A DNA stretch of 64,000 nucleotides from Acidimicrobiia bacterium (GCA_016871175.1 VFZL01000015.1:37936-101935); one strand, 5' to 3'. Shown: positions 10,606 through 21,242, counted from the first letter of the stretch. Numbers and translations are program-made. Notes: generated by a model not told the origin, from the sequence alone.

Positions 10606-11711
10606 GCGTGAGCCGCCCGGTCGAGTGCGACCGGATGACAGGAATGTGTCTTGATGACGAGCCACACGGTCGCACCCTCGTGTAAGCCAAGCGCCTCACA
10701 GGCGTGTGGTGTGACATGAACGTCGAAGATCGGACCAGCGTCCACCTGCAGGGCGACGGTCATGCCCAACCGGCGGACGCCGCGAATCGTGCCAGAGACG
10801 ATGTTGCGGGCGCTCAGGCCGGACGGCTTTGTCGTCGCCACCAGGATGTCTCCCCCGCGAAGGGCGAGGCGCACATGATGTCCGGGCTCTGCAGACGTCA
10901 GCCGCGGGACTTCGAGGTCGACGGCCATGCCGGCGACGCGGCAGGCCATCGTGCCGGCCTGCCGCGAGACCGAGCGCACTTCCGCGTCGAAGAAGTTCTC
11001 AAATCCGCCAATCGCAGCCAGCAGCTCGGTCGAAGGGGCGTCGAGCACTTCATGTGGCGTTCCGGACGAGACGATCCGCCCACGTTCGATGACGAGCGCG
11101 CGCGCCCCGAGCGCGAACGCCTCACGATGCGCGTGCGTGACATACAGAATCGGAATGCGCCGCGCGTCGTTCCACCGCCTGAGGTCGTCGATGATGAGCG
11201 TCTGCGTGCGGTGATCCAGCGCGGCGAGTGGCTCATCGAGCAGCAGGGCCGCGGGGTCGGTGACCAGCGATCGCGCCAGCGCAGTCCGCTGTCGCTCACC
11301 TCCCGAGATCGCGTCGGGCTGACGATCCAGCAGGTGCGAGATGCGGAACGAGGTGGCGATCCGCTGGATCCGCTCCAGGGTGTCGGCCGTGCCCAGATGA
11401 CGGACGCCGTAGCGCAGATTGTCGGCCACCGAGAGATGCGGGAACAGCGCGAGCTGCTGGAACACGTAGCCAATGTTGCGTTTCGCCACCGGCACATCGA
11501 TGGCGGCGCTTGCGTCGAACAACAGGCGGTCGCCGATGCGTATGGCGCCTGAGTCGGGTCGCGTCAGGCCGGACACGCACCGAAGCAGCGTCGATTTGCC
11601 GGAACCGGACGGCCCAAACAGAATCGTGATGCCGGGCTCGGCTTCGAACGTGACGTCGAGCTCGAAGCCCGTCGAACGACGGACGCAGCAGGTCACCGAC
11701 AGTGTGCTCAT
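10602..11711 (-). CDS. modC: Molybdate ABC transporter ATP-binding protein
   Basis: GPSGSGKST Walker A, ISGGERQR signature, LLLDEP Walker B, C-terminal TOBE (LSARN); ATGA overlaps. Confidence 0.9.
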   Translation of the reverse strand: MSTLSVTCCVRRSTGFELDVTFEAEPGITILFGPSGSGKSTLLRCVSGLTRPDSGAIRIGDRLLFDASAAIDVPVAKRNIGYVFQQLALFPHLSVADNLRYGVRHLGTADTLERIQRIATSFRISHLLDRQPDAISGGERQRTALARSLVTDPAALLLDEPLAALDHRTQTLIIDDLRRWNDARRIPILYVTHAHREAFALGARALVIERGRIVSSGTPHEVLDAPSTELLAAIGGFENFFDAEVRSVSRQAGTMACRVAGMAVDLEVPRLTSAEPGHHVRLALRGGDILVATTKPSGLSARNIVSGTIRGVRRLGMTVALQVDAGPIFDVHVTPHACEALGLHEGATVWLVIKTHSCHPVALDRAAHA

Positions 11712-12382
11712 CGCGGGTTCACCGTGGTCCACGCGCGGCGCTGAATCGCCTGCGTGAGCGCCACCACGACGAACGAGAACGCCAGGAGCAGCAGTGCCGT
11801 CCGGTGCGCGGCGTCGTACTCCAGGGCTTGGACGTGGTCGTATATGGCCAGCGACACCGTCCGAGTGACGCCGGGCACGTTGCCGCCAATCATCAAGACC
11901 ACACCGAACTCGCCCACGGTGTGGGCGAAGCTCAGCACGACGCCGGTGAGGAGCCCGTCCGCGGCCAGAGGCAGGATCACCGCACGAAACGTTCGGGTTC
12001 GCGATGCGCCAAGCGTGGCGCTGGCCTCGATGAGGCTGGGATCCACGCGCCGAAACGCCGCTGCAGCAGGCTGCACCATGAAGGGGAGGCTGTAGAGCAC
12101 CGAGGCGATCACGAGTCCCTCGAACGTAAAGGCAAGCCCGCGACCCGTCAGCTGGTTCCAGGCACGTCCGATGGGGCTCTCTGCGCCGAGCGCCAGCAGC
12201 ACGTAGAAGCCCAGAACGGTTGGTGGCAGCACGAGCGGGAGCGCGACCACCGACTCCACGACGAACGCGAACCTCCAGCGCGAAAACGCCATCCAATAGG
12301 CGATGGGGGTGCCGAGGACGACCAAGATCCCGCAGACCCAGATGGCGAGGCGTACCGTCAAGGCGATGGTCGTCCAGTCCAT
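11708..12382 (-). CDS. modB: Molybdate ABC transporter permease
   Basis: LPLVLPPTVLGFY, EASATLGA, FAHTVGEFGVVLMIGGN. Confidence 0.92.
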   Translation of the reverse strand: MDWTTIALTVRLAIWVCGILVVLGTPIAYWMAFSRWRFAFVVESVVALPLVLPPTVLGFYVLLALGAESPIGRAWNQLTGRGLAFTFEGLVIASVLYSLPFMVQPAAAAFRRVDPSLIEASATLGASRTRTFRAVILPLAADGLLTGVVLSFAHTVGEFGVVLMIGGNVPGVTRTVSLAIYDHVQALEYDAAHRTALLLLAFSFVVVALTQAIQRRAWTTVNPR

Positions 12383-12389
12383 GACGGGG

Positions 12390-13151
12390 TCAGGGGCGCA
12401 GGAAACCCGCTGCGACCAGCCGAGTCGTGGTTGATTCGCGGGTCAAGAAGCGGAGGAACTCCTCGGCGGCGGCCTTGTTCCTCGAGGCGCTGACGATGAC
12501 CGCGGCTTGAAGGATCGGAGGGTGCAGATGAGCGGGAACGGCCACGTACCGACCGCTGCGCATCATCGCGGGCGCCACGGCGAGCGCCAGCGGCAGCAGC
12601 CCGGCTTGGGCATTGCCCGACTGGACAAACTGGGCCGTCTGGGTCGCGTTCTCGCCGAGCACGAGCTTTGGGCGTACGGCGGCGCTCAGCCCCATCGCTT
12701 CGAGGGCGGTGATGGCGGCTCGACCGTACGGCGCGTGCGCCGGGTTGGCGATGGCCACTCGCGCGACGGTCGCGTCAGCCAGCACGACCAGGCCGCGCTG
12801 GAGGTCCACGCCGGAGTCCGATCGGCTCCACAGGACGAGTTGGCCCGCGGCGTACGTGCGCAGCGAGCCAGCATCCGCTTTGCCGTCGTGCACCAGCCTT
12901 TGCGGATAGCCGACGTCGGCGGACAGGAACAGATCGAAGGGCGCCCCATTCATGATCTGCGCGTGAAATGTTCCCGAAGAGCCGAAGGTGATCCGCACCG
13001 TGTGGCCGGACTCTGCCTCGAACGCCTTCACCAGCTCGGGCAACACGTGTTGAAGGTCCGATGCGGCCGCAATGCCCAGGGAGGCGCCCCGTGCGGGCTG
13101 ACCGGTCACCAGCAGGACGCTCGACAGCAGCACGGCCCACCACGGGTGCAT
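12390..13151 (-). CDS. modA: Molybdate ABC transporter periplasmic binding protein
   Basis: Signal peptide, AAASDL, FGSSG, GAPFDLFLSAD, ANPAHAPYG, GEN motifs. Confidence 0.92.
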   Translation of the reverse strand: MHPWWAVLLSSVLLVTGQPARGASLGIAAASDLQHVLPELVKAFEAESGHTVRITFGSSGTFHAQIMNGAPFDLFLSADVGYPQRLVHDGKADAGSLRTYAAGQLVLWSRSDSGVDLQRGLVVLADATVARVAIANPAHAPYGRAAITALEAMGLSAAVRPKLVLGENATQTAQFVQSGNAQAGLLPLALAVAPAMMRSGRYVAVPAHLHPPILQAAVIVSASRNKAAAEEFLRFLTRESTTTRLVAAGFLRP

Positions 13152-13185
13152 CGCGGGCGATTGTACACGAGTCGTCTTGATTCGA

Positions 13186-13207
13186 CTGATAAACAGCACA
13201 TTATCGG
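13186..13207. promoter_or_regulatory. Candidate operator upstream of modA
   Basis: CTGATAA-N8-TTATCGG imperfect palindrome in an AT-rich patch about 35 nt upstream of modA. Confidence 0.35.
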
Positions 13208-13357
13208 CTATAAGCGCTCGATCGGAGTCGAGCACGACTGGCGCTTCACGGTATGGCACGACGCCTGCGTCTTCGACCGCATGCGCGTCCTGCAGGGATG
13301 GTCGGAACGGCCGAAGTACCTTTCAGCAGCTCCAGAGGCGTCGGTCAGGAGGGTCAG

Positions 13358-13531
13358 ATGGACACATCGGCAGTGAACTGGGATTTCGTCGTGCTCTTCG
13401 GGACCATCCTGTTCTGGGGGCTCCTCCATTTCTTCTCGCCCGACGGCCGCCAATGGCGAACCGACGTCGTGCGTCAGGACCCGCCGCAGGACCATGCGGC
13501 GCTCGACGAGGTGGTCTCGCCGCCGAACTGA
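13358..13531 (+). CDS. Small hypothetical membrane protein (57 aa)
   Basis: AGGAGG RBS before ATG; single hydrophobic segment WDFVVLFGTILFWGLLHFF. Confidence 0.5.
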   Translation: MDTSAVNWDFVVLFGTILFWGLLHFFSPDGRQWRTDVVRQDPPQDHAALDEVVSPPN

Positions 13532-13682
13532 CCAATCGGGGCTCCGCCCCCATCACCGGCTCGGTCACTCCGCGGGGCCCATCGCGTCGCCCCGTTCTCC
13601 CGCGGGCGCGCGTTCAGCGCGCCGGCCCCGAGACTGACGGCCTGCGACTGGCGAGTTGAGACTGACGAGTTAACATGGCGGC

Positions 13683-14876
13683 GTGAGCCGCGTCCCCTCC
13701 TACTTCTCGCACCTCGAATGTTCGGCGTCTTGCGGCGCCGGACCCTTCGACCCACGGGCTCCACATCATCTGTGCGTGTGCGGTGTTCCTCTCCTGGCCC
13801 GCTACGATCTCGCCGCCGCGCGGGGCTGGTCGAAGGGCTCGCTGCGCGATCGCGAGCCCAGCATGTGGCGCTATCGCGAGTTGATGCCGCTCTTCGCCGA
13901 GGAAACGCCCGTCACGCTCGGTGAGGGATTCACGCCCCTCGTCCAGGCGAGGACGCTCGGGTCGCGCATCGGACTCGATCACCTCTTCATCAAGGACGAG
14001 TCTCTCAATCCCACCAATTCGTTCAAGGCGCGGGGCCAATCTGCCGCGATCACGCGCGCGAAGGGGCTCGGCGCGACGACGGTGTCGGTGCCGTCGGCGG
14101 GCAACGCCGGAAACGCGATGGCCGCGTACGCGTCTCGTGCGGGGCTGCGCGCAGAGGTGTTCTTGCCCCGTGACGTGAAGACGCCGTTTGTCCGCGAGTG
14201 TCAGCTGTACGGCGCCGGCGTGACGTTGGTCGATGGCCTCATCACGGATGCCGCGCGCGTCGCCGCCGAGCGCGGCCGGCCGCTTGGCTGGTACGACGTC
14301 TCGACGCTCAAGGAGCCGTATCGCGTCGAGGGGAAGAAGACCATGGGGTACGAGCTGGCGGAGCAGATGGACTGGCGCTACCCCGACTGGATCGTGTACC
14401 CGACCGGTGGCGGCACTGGCCTGGTGGGAATGTGGAAAGCCTTCGACGAGCTTGAGCAAATCGGCTGGATACGTCCGCAGCGACGTCCACGCATGGTGTC
14501 GGTCCAGGCTGCCGGTTGTGCGCCCATCGTGCGAGCCTTTGAAGACGGGACAGAGAACGCGACGATGTGGGAGGGCACATCGACTGTCGCCGACGGCCTG
14601 CGCGTGCCGCGCGCCATCGGCGACTTCCTGATGCTCCGCGCGATCCGAGCGAGCGGCGGCACCGCTGTCGCCGTTTCCGACGATGAAATGGTTGACGGGA
14701 TGGCGGAGATCGGCTCGACCGAAGGTGTGAGTGCCGCGCCAGAGGGCGGTGCTGCGCTGGCCGCGATCCGTCGCTTGGTGTCCGCCGGCACAATCGGAAG
14801 ATCGGATGCGGTCGTGCTCTTCAACACCGGCGGCGCGCTCAAGTATCTGGATCTGATCGCGACCGCCGGCCTTTGA
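13683..14876 (+). CDS. thrC: Threonine synthase (PLP fold II)
   Basis: TLGEGFTPL, NPTNSFKARG (PLP Lys), SAGNAG, EGKKTMGYE, YPTGGG. Confidence 0.85.
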   Translation: MSRVPSYFSHLECSASCGAGPFDPRAPHHLCVCGVPLLARYDLAAARGWSKGSLRDREPSMWRYRELMPLFAEETPVTLGEGFTPLVQARTLGSRIGLDHLFIKDESLNPTNSFKARGQSAAITRAKGLGATTVSVPSAGNAGNAMAAYASRAGLRAEVFLPRDVKTPFVRECQLYGAGVTLVDGLITDAARVAAERGRPLGWYDVSTLKEPYRVEGKKTMGYELAEQMDWRYPDWIVYPTGGGTGLVGMWKAFDELEQIGWIRPQRRPRMVSVQAAGCAPIVRAFEDGTENATMWEGTSTVADGLRVPRAIGDFLMLRAIRASGGTAVAVSDDEMVDGMAEIGSTEGVSAAPEGGAALAAIRRLVSAGTIGRSDAVVLFNTGGALKYLDLIATAGL

Positions 14877-14919
14877 CCACCGGCCGTTGACCGACGACCA
14901 AGAGTCCGAGGCCCAACGA

Positions 14920-16518
14920 CTAATCTGTCGGCGACTCCGACTGTAGCTTCACCGTCGGGTGTTGGCGCTCGAAGTACTGCACTTCCCAGTCGGACGTGAA
15001 GAGGATGACGCGGCGCTCGAGGCGATCGACGGCCAGCGTATTCGCGCCCATCAACGAGGGGAGGGACTGATCCGGATCCGACACCCAACGCGCAGCGGCA
15101 TACGGCGCCGGTTCGACTTGGGCCGAGACGTTGTACTCGTTCGCCAGGCGGCTCGCGATCACATCGAACTGCAGCGCCCCGACCACGCCAACGATTGGTT
15201 CTCGTCGGCCGCTCAGCGCATAGAACACCTGCATCAGTCCTTCCTCTTCGAGCTGGCGGATGCCATCGTCGAACTGCTTACGCTTGTTGTCGAGCAGCCT
15301 CACGCGTCCGAAGTGCTCGGCGGCGAACCGCGGGACATCCGGGAAGCGGACGGGTGTTCCCGCGTACAGCGTATCGCCGATGGCGAACTGGCCAGGGTTG
15401 GCGAGACCGATGATGTCACCCGCGTACGCCTCGGTGATGGTTTCCCGATCGCGTCCGAAGAAGCGATACGCGCGCGTGGCTCGGATGGTCTTGCCGGCTC
15501 GCCGATTGATGACCGGCATGTCCTTGGTGAAGCGGCCCGAACAGACACGCACGAACGCGATTCGGTCGCGATGGCGCGGGTCCATGTTCGCCTGCATCTT
15601 GAAGACGAAGCCCGTGAACTGGTCGTCGGCGGGATCGATGGGCCCGACGTCGGCCATCCGCGCCCGCGGCGACGGGGCCAGCTCGACGAGGGCGCGCAGG
15701 AACGGCTCGAGTCCGAAGTTCGTGAGCGCGCTGCCGAAGAAGACCGGCGTTTGGCGGCCGGAGAGATAGGCCTCCGCGTCGAAGCGCGTCCCGGCCGCGG
15801 CGATCACGTCGAGCGACTCGCGGAAGTGCGCGTAGACGGTATCGCCGATGAGACGCTTGGCCTCCGGATCGTCGAGGTCGGCCACGTCGACCGGCGCGCG
15901 ATACTGGCCCTGCCACTCTCGCTCGTACAACAACAGGTGCTTCCGCTCGATGTCGTACACCCCGCGAAACTCAGTAGCGTCGCCGACAGGCCAGTTGACG
16001 GGAGCAGCCGCGATGCCCAGCGTGCGCTCGATGTCATCGAGCAGTTCCAGTGGATTCCGAGCCGGGCGGTCGTACTTGTTCACGAAGGTCAGGATCGGGA
16101 GGCGATGCCGCCGGCACACCTCGAACAGCTTCAACGTGCGCGACTCCACGCCTGCCGCGGCGTCGAGCACCATGACGGCGCTGTCGGCCGCGATGAGGGC
16201 ACGATACGTGTCCTCGCTGAAGTCCTCGTGGCCCGGAGTGTCGAGCAGCGACATGCGCCGTCCCTGGAGCTCGAACTCGAGGGCTGCGGCGGTGATCGAG
16301 ATGCCACGTTCCTGTTCGAGCTTCATCCAGTCCGATATCGCATGTCGCCGGTTTCGACCGCGAACCGCCCCGGCCAGCTCGATCGCTCCGGCGTACAGCA
16401 GGAGTTTCTCGGTCAGCGTGGTCTTGCCGGCGTCGGGATGGGAGATGATGGCGAACGTTCGCCGTCGAGCCACCTCGTGCTCGATCTCGGATCGTGTGAG
16501 GCTGGACGTCGATTCCAT
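14920..16518 (-). CDS. prfC: Peptide chain release factor 3
   Basis: RRTFAIISHPDAGKTTLTEKLLL, DTPGHEDFSEDTYR, FKMQANMDPRHRDR. Confidence 0.95.
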   Translation of the reverse strand: MESTSSLTRSEIEHEVARRRTFAIISHPDAGKTTLTEKLLLYAGAIELAGAVRGRNRRHAISDWMKLEQERGISITAAALEFELQGRRMSLLDTPGHEDFSEDTYRALIAADSAVMVLDAAAGVESRTLKLFEVCRRHRLPILTFVNKYDRPARNPLELLDDIERTLGIAAAPVNWPVGDATEFRGVYDIERKHLLLYEREWQGQYRAPVDVADLDDPEAKRLIGDTVYAHFRESLDVIAAAGTRFDAEAYLSGRQTPVFFGSALTNFGLEPFLRALVELAPSPRARMADVGPIDPADDQFTGFVFKMQANMDPRHRDRIAFVRVCSGRFTKDMPVINRRAGKTIRATRAYRFFGRDRETITEAYAGDIIGLANPGQFAIGDTLYAGTPVRFPDVPRFAAEHFGRVRLLDNKRKQFDDGIRQLEEEGLMQVFYALSGRREPIVGVVGALQFDVIASRLANEYNVSAQVEPAPYAAARWVSDPDQSLPSLMGANTLAVDRLERRVILFTSDWEVQYFERQHPTVKLQSESPTD

Positions 16519-16605
16519 GCAGTCTCGGTGTGGCTCTCCGGTATTGTAAGGCTGGTAGGGGGCTGAACAGGTAGGCGGGTCGGCAGGTCAGCAGGTAAAG
16601 AGCAA

Positions 16606-17832
16606 ATGCTTGAGCGATTCGAAGACTGGTGGCACGCGGACCGTGAGGCACGTCAGCAGGCGCTGGTGCCGTTGCTGGAGCGGGTCGAGCGGGTCGACCC
16701 GACGATCCGGGCCTGGGTGTGCGTGGTGCCGCAGTGGCCCGAGGCCGACGGTCCTCTCTCCGGCATCCCGTTTGGCGTCAAAGACATCATCGAGACGGCC
16801 GGCCTGCCGACGGAGTATGGATCGCCGCTCTACAAGGGACGCCAAGGCGCCATCGACGCCGACATCGTCACGCGGTTGCGCCGCCTGGGCGGGCTGCTCC
16901 TCGGCAAGACCACCTCGTGTCCGTTCGCGTGTCGCACGCCGACGGTGACACGCAACCCGCGAAACCTCGCGCACACGCCCGGCGGGAGCTCCGCCGGATC
17001 CGCGGCAGCCGTGGCGGCGAGCATGGTGCCCTTCGCGCTCGGCACACAGACGCACGGATCCGTGTTGCGACCCGCGTCGTACTGCGGGGTCACCGGCTTC
17101 AAGCCGACGTATGGCCTCGTCTCCAATGAGGGCGTACTGCCGGTTGCCCGGACGCTCGACACGCTCGGCTTCTTCACGCACACACCCGAGGGCATGTCGC
17201 TGCTGTGGGAGGCGCTCGGGTATGGTGTCGAGCGAGCCCCGTCAGTCGTGTTCGGCGTGCCGGACCCGCCGTTGAACGTCGACCCGCCGATGAGGGACGC
17301 CTTCGATGAGGTGGTCGCGAAGCTGCTCGCACGCGGCTTCGCGGTGCAGCCGGCCCCCATCGCACCGCTGCTGGCGACGATGCCTCGGGAGAACCGCATC
17401 GTGGAGTGCTACGAGGGCGCTCGTGTGCACGAGGCGCGATTTCGCGAACACGTCGATCGACTGGGCGATGTCGCCGAGATGGTCCGTGAGGGCCTCCGCA
17501 TTCCGGCCGCGCGCTACGATGCTGCGCTGGCGTACATCGCGGAGTGTCGCGAGACCCTCACGCAGCAGTTCGGCCAGACGCCGGTGATTCTCACGCCCGC
17601 GGCTACGGGTCCGGCTCCGGCAGGATTCTCGTCGACGGGAGACGCGAGGATGAACAGTCCGTGGACCGCGCTCGGCACGCCAGCCATCACGGTGCCGATG
17701 CCGGTGCGAGCCGACGCACTGCCGCTCGGCCTGCAGCTCGCGAGCGCCTGCGGGACCGACGGCCGGCTATTGGCGACGGCCTCGATCGTCTCGCGCGCGC
17801 TCGACACCGCAGGCCGGGAGGCAGGAGCGTGA
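16606..17832 (+). CDS. Amidase signature family protein
   Basis: GVKD, HTPGGSSAGSAAAVA, GTQTHGSVLRPASYCG. Confidence 0.9.
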   Translation: MLERFEDWWHADREARQQALVPLLERVERVDPTIRAWVCVVPQWPEADGPLSGIPFGVKDIIETAGLPTEYGSPLYKGRQGAIDADIVTRLRRLGGLLLGKTTSCPFACRTPTVTRNPRNLAHTPGGSSAGSAAAVAASMVPFALGTQTHGSVLRPASYCGVTGFKPTYGLVSNEGVLPVARTLDTLGFFTHTPEGMSLLWEALGYGVERAPSVVFGVPDPPLNVDPPMRDAFDEVVAKLLARGFAVQPAPIAPLLATMPRENRIVECYEGARVHEARFREHVDRLGDVAEMVREGLRIPAARYDAALAYIAECRETLTQQFGQTPVILTPAATGPAPAGFSSTGDARMNSPWTALGTPAITVPMPVRADALPLGLQLASACGTDGRLLATASIVSRALDTAGREAGA

Positions 17833-19312
17833 GCGGTTGGCTCTCAGCGTTCCGCCCTCCGCTCTCGACTCTCGCCGCGTTTCTGACCGTGGTGCTGAGC
17901 GCGGCGTGCCAGGGCGCGCCCACGCCGGCGCTCGAGAAGCTCGCGCCCTGCCGGCTTGCGGATGGTCCGCCGGACACGTACTGTGGTCATCTGCGTGTGT
18001 CCGAAGACCGACACGCTCGGAGCGGTCGCGCCATCGACCTGAAGATCGTGGTCGCGCCGGCGCTCCGTCGCGACGGGCACCCGGATCCGCTCTTCGTGTT
18101 CGAGGGAGGGCCAGGGGGCGGGGCCGCCACGTTGGCGTTCTCCCGCGTCCCGATGTTCCGCCGGTTCCAACGCGATCGCGACATCGTGCTCGTGGACCAG
18201 CGAGGGACCGGTGGATCGAACTCGCTCGACTGCTCCCCGGAAGTGCCACGCGACGTCGACGATCTGAACCTCGTCGAGCACGACGCCGCTGACCGCTACC
18301 GTGCGTGTCTCGATCGGCTCGCCGCCGATCCGCGGCAATACACCACCGACGTCGCGATGGACGACATCGAGGATGTCCGTCTGTACTTGGGGTACGAACG
18401 GATCAATGTGTACGGCTGGTCCTACGGCACACGCGCCGCGCTGGTCTACCTCAGACGCCACGAAGCCGCGGTCCGTGCAGTAATCCTCGACGGCGTCGCT
18501 CCTCCCGACATGCGCCTTCCGCTGTATGCGCCGCGTGACAGCCAGCGCGCACTGGATCGGTTGCTCGACGACTGCGCCCGTGACGCGGTGTGCGCGCGCG
18601 AGTTTCCGACGCTGAGACAGTCGGTCGCCGTCTTGTGGGATCGGATTGCCGCTCAGCCGAGGGTCTCGTTCACGCATCCGCGGACCGGTATGCCGACCGA
18701 CGTGACCGTGACCGCTCGCCTGGTCGGGGCCGTCGTCTTCAGGTCGCTGTACTCGCCCGAGATCTCGGCGCTGTTGCCCCGGTTGTTGACCGATGCTTCG
18801 GATGGTCGATTCCAAGGCCTGTTGGCGCTGGCTTACACGGGCGACGCGCAAAAGGGCGCGATGAGCGACGGCCTGTTCTTGTCCGTGGTGTGCGCTGAGG
18901 ATCGGCCGCGGATCTCAACTGAAGACATCGCCCGCGAGAGCCAAGGCCGGTTCATGGGCGCGACGATGTTCGAGACGCAAATGAAACCGTGCGAGTACTG
19001 GCCACGTGGATCCGTTGACGACGCGTTCTACACGCCCGTGAAGTCTGCGCGGCCGGTGTTGATCTTCTCCGGAGAGAACGATCCGGTGACCCCCCCCCGT
19101 CATGGGGCGAGAGCGTCGCGAAACACCTGACCAACGCTCGGCACGTCGTCGTGCCAGGGGCGGCGCACATCACGCTGATGCGAGGATGTGTGCCCGAATT
19201 GGTTTCCGCCTTCCTGGCCACCGCCGATATCCCGCAGGTCGACCCACGATGCGTGGAGACCTTGCGGCGGCCGCCGTTCTTCACGACGTATACAGGACCC
19301 GAACGTCCGTGA
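17829..19312 (+). CDS. TAP-like alpha/beta hydrolase lipoprotein (frameshifted at a C9 run)
   Basis: Lipobox LSAAC, GGPGG, DQRGTG, GWSYGT nucleophile, DPVTP; after C9 at 19090-19098 another frame continues SWGESVAKHL..PGAAH..PPFF to TGA 19310-19312. Confidence 0.8.
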
Positions 19313-20049
19313 TTACGCTCGGCGGCGTTCACAAGCGGTTCGGGCACGTCGAAGCCGTTCGGCACGTCTCGTTCACGGCAGACGACGGGTCGGTGACCGG
19401 ACTGCTTGGCCCGAATGGCGCGGGGAAGACCACAACGCTCCGCCTGTTGTCGGGCCTCATGCGACCCGACCGTGGCACGATCGAGGTCGACGGGCACGAC
19501 GTCATCGCCGATCCCATCCCGGCGCAGCGCGCGATGGGGCTGCTGCCGGATTCGCGTGGCCTGTACCCACGCCTGACGGCGCGCGAGCACATTCGGTACT
19601 TTGGCGAGCTGCGCGGACTGCGCAGAGCTGAGCTCGCCGAGCGGACCCGTCGGCTGCTCGAGCAGCTCGGACTCGGGCCGCTGGCCGATCGCCCCGTGGC
19701 AGGGTTCTCTCAGGGCGAGCGAACGAAAGTGGCGCTGGCGCGGGCGCTGGTCCACGAGCCGCACAACGTGATCCTGGACGAGCCGACCAACGGCCTGGAC
19801 ATCATGAGCACGCGCGCGGTGCGCGAGCTGGTGCGCGATCTCAAACGCGTGGGGCGCTGCGTCCTGTTCTCGAGCCACATCATGCAAGAGGTCTCCGCCC
19901 TCTGCGATCGCATCGTGGTGATCGCGCAGGGGACCGTCGTCGCCGATGGCACACCGGACGCGCTGCGCCGGCAGGCCAACCGCGACGATCTGGAAGAGGC
20001 GTTCGTCGTTCTCGCCGGCCTGGAGCCTGACGCGGGGGCACTCCCATAA
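19309..20049 (+). CDS. ABC transporter ATP-binding protein (NatA-like)
   Basis: GPNGAGKTT, FSQGE, ILDEPTNGLD, SSH; GTGA overlap. Confidence 0.88.
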   Translation: MITLGGVHKRFGHVEAVRHVSFTADDGSVTGLLGPNGAGKTTTLRLLSGLMRPDRGTIEVDGHDVIADPIPAQRAMGLLPDSRGLYPRLTAREHIRYFGELRGLRRAELAERTRRLLEQLGLGPLADRPVAGFSQGERTKVALARALVHEPHNVILDEPTNGLDIMSTRAVRELVRDLKRVGRCVLFSSHIMQEVSALCDRIVVIAQGTVVADGTPDALRRQANRDDLEEAFVVLAGLEPDAGALP

Positions 20050-21242
20050 GCGACCCACGCGGGGGCGGCTGGTTTCGAGCGTTCGTCGTGGTCTTGCGCA
20101 AGGAGCTCATCGATGGCCTGCGCGACCGTCGCTCGATTGCGTCGCTGGCGGTCGCATCCGCCATGACGCCGCTGCTGTTTGGGATCGTGTTCACGCTTGT
20201 CGCCGAGCGGCGAAAGAGCGCAGACGAGATCGCCCTTCCGGTGGCCGGGGCCCAGTACGCACCTGCCTTCGTCGACTGGCTGACCCAGCAGACCGGGGTG
20301 ACCGTGGTTCCGGCGCCCAGCGATCCCGAAGCGTCGGTGCGCAATCGCGACGAAGACGTCGTGCTGATCATCGAGGAGGATTTCCAGAACAACCTCGCGA
20401 GAGCCGTGCCCGCGCCGGTGAAGCTGGTGGCCGATGTGACCCGCTTCGCCACGCTCCCGAAGGTCAACCGCGTCCGTGCACTGGTGTTCACGTACTCACA
20501 GCTGATGGGTAGCCTTCGTCTCATCTCGCGTGGCGTCGCTCCGTCGGTGGCGACGGCGCTTCGTGTCGAGGAGGTGGAGGTGTCGAGCTCTCAACAGCGT
20601 CTCGCGGCGCAGTTGGGGATGTTGCCGTTGTTTCTCGTGATCGCCGCGCTGGCCGGAGGAATGCAGATCGCGATCGATTCCACTGCCGGCGAGCGCGAGC
20701 GCGGATCGCTCGAGCCGTTGCTCTTGAACCCCGTCCCGCGAGGCGCGTTCGCGGCGGGCAAATGGGTGGCGGCGTCGCTCTTCGGTTGTGGCGCGGTCAT
20801 CTTCTCGTTGGTCCTCACGATTACCGTCCTGCGGCGTGTTCCCTGGCACGACCTGGGCATCCGCTTCACCGTGACGGACGCGGGGCTGGCGAGCCTGCTG
20901 GCGCTGATCCTTCCTGCGGCGCTGTTCCTGGGCGCAGTCGTGCTGTTCGCGTCGACGTTCGCGCGTTCGTTCAAGGAGGCGCAGACCTACATGGGCATGC
21001 TGATACTGGTGCCGATGCTGCCGGGCTTGGTCTCGGCTGCCTATCCGCTCTCGAATCGGCCGTGGCTGGCGCCGGTGCCGATCGTCGGTCAGTACGCCCT
21101 CGCGGCCGACGTGCTCGGAGGAACGCCTCCGCGCCCGATGTTCTACATCGTGGCGGGTGTTTCCGTCCTCATGTGTGCCGTCGCGCTCGTCATCGTGACG
21201 GCTCGTTTGCTGCGCCGCGAAACGATCATCTTCGGCCGCTGA
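20046..21242 (+). CDS. ABC-2 type permease (NatB-like)
   Basis: KELIDGLRDRR, AGERERGSLEPLL, ARSFKEAQ; frame open back to ATA at 20046 overlapping upstream TAA. Confidence 0.85.
   Translation: MSDPRGGGWFRAFVVVLRKELIDGLRDRRSIASLAVASAMTPLLFGIVFTLVAERRKSADEIALPVAGAQYAPAFVDWLTQQTGVTVVPAPSDPEASVRNRDEDVVLIIEEDFQNNLARAVPAPVKLVADVTRFATLPKVNRVRALVFTYSQLMGSLRLISRGVAPSVATALRVEEVEVSSSQQRLAAQLGMLPLFLVIAALAGGMQIAIDSTAGERERGSLEPLLLNPVPRGAFAAGKWVAASLFGCGAVIFSLVLTITVLRRVPWHDLGIRFTVTDAGLASLLALILPAALFLGAVVLFASTFARSFKEAQTYMGMLILVPMLPGLVSAAYPLSNRPWLAPVPIVGQYALAADVLGGTPPRPMFYIVAGVSVLMCAVALVIVTARLLRRETIIFGR

Noticed and set aside
14959-16566. Long antisense ORFs (also 48604-50139, 54906-56738, 59580-60821, 23810-25117)
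   Set aside because: Shadows of well-supported genes on the opposite strand, expected from high-GC codon bias
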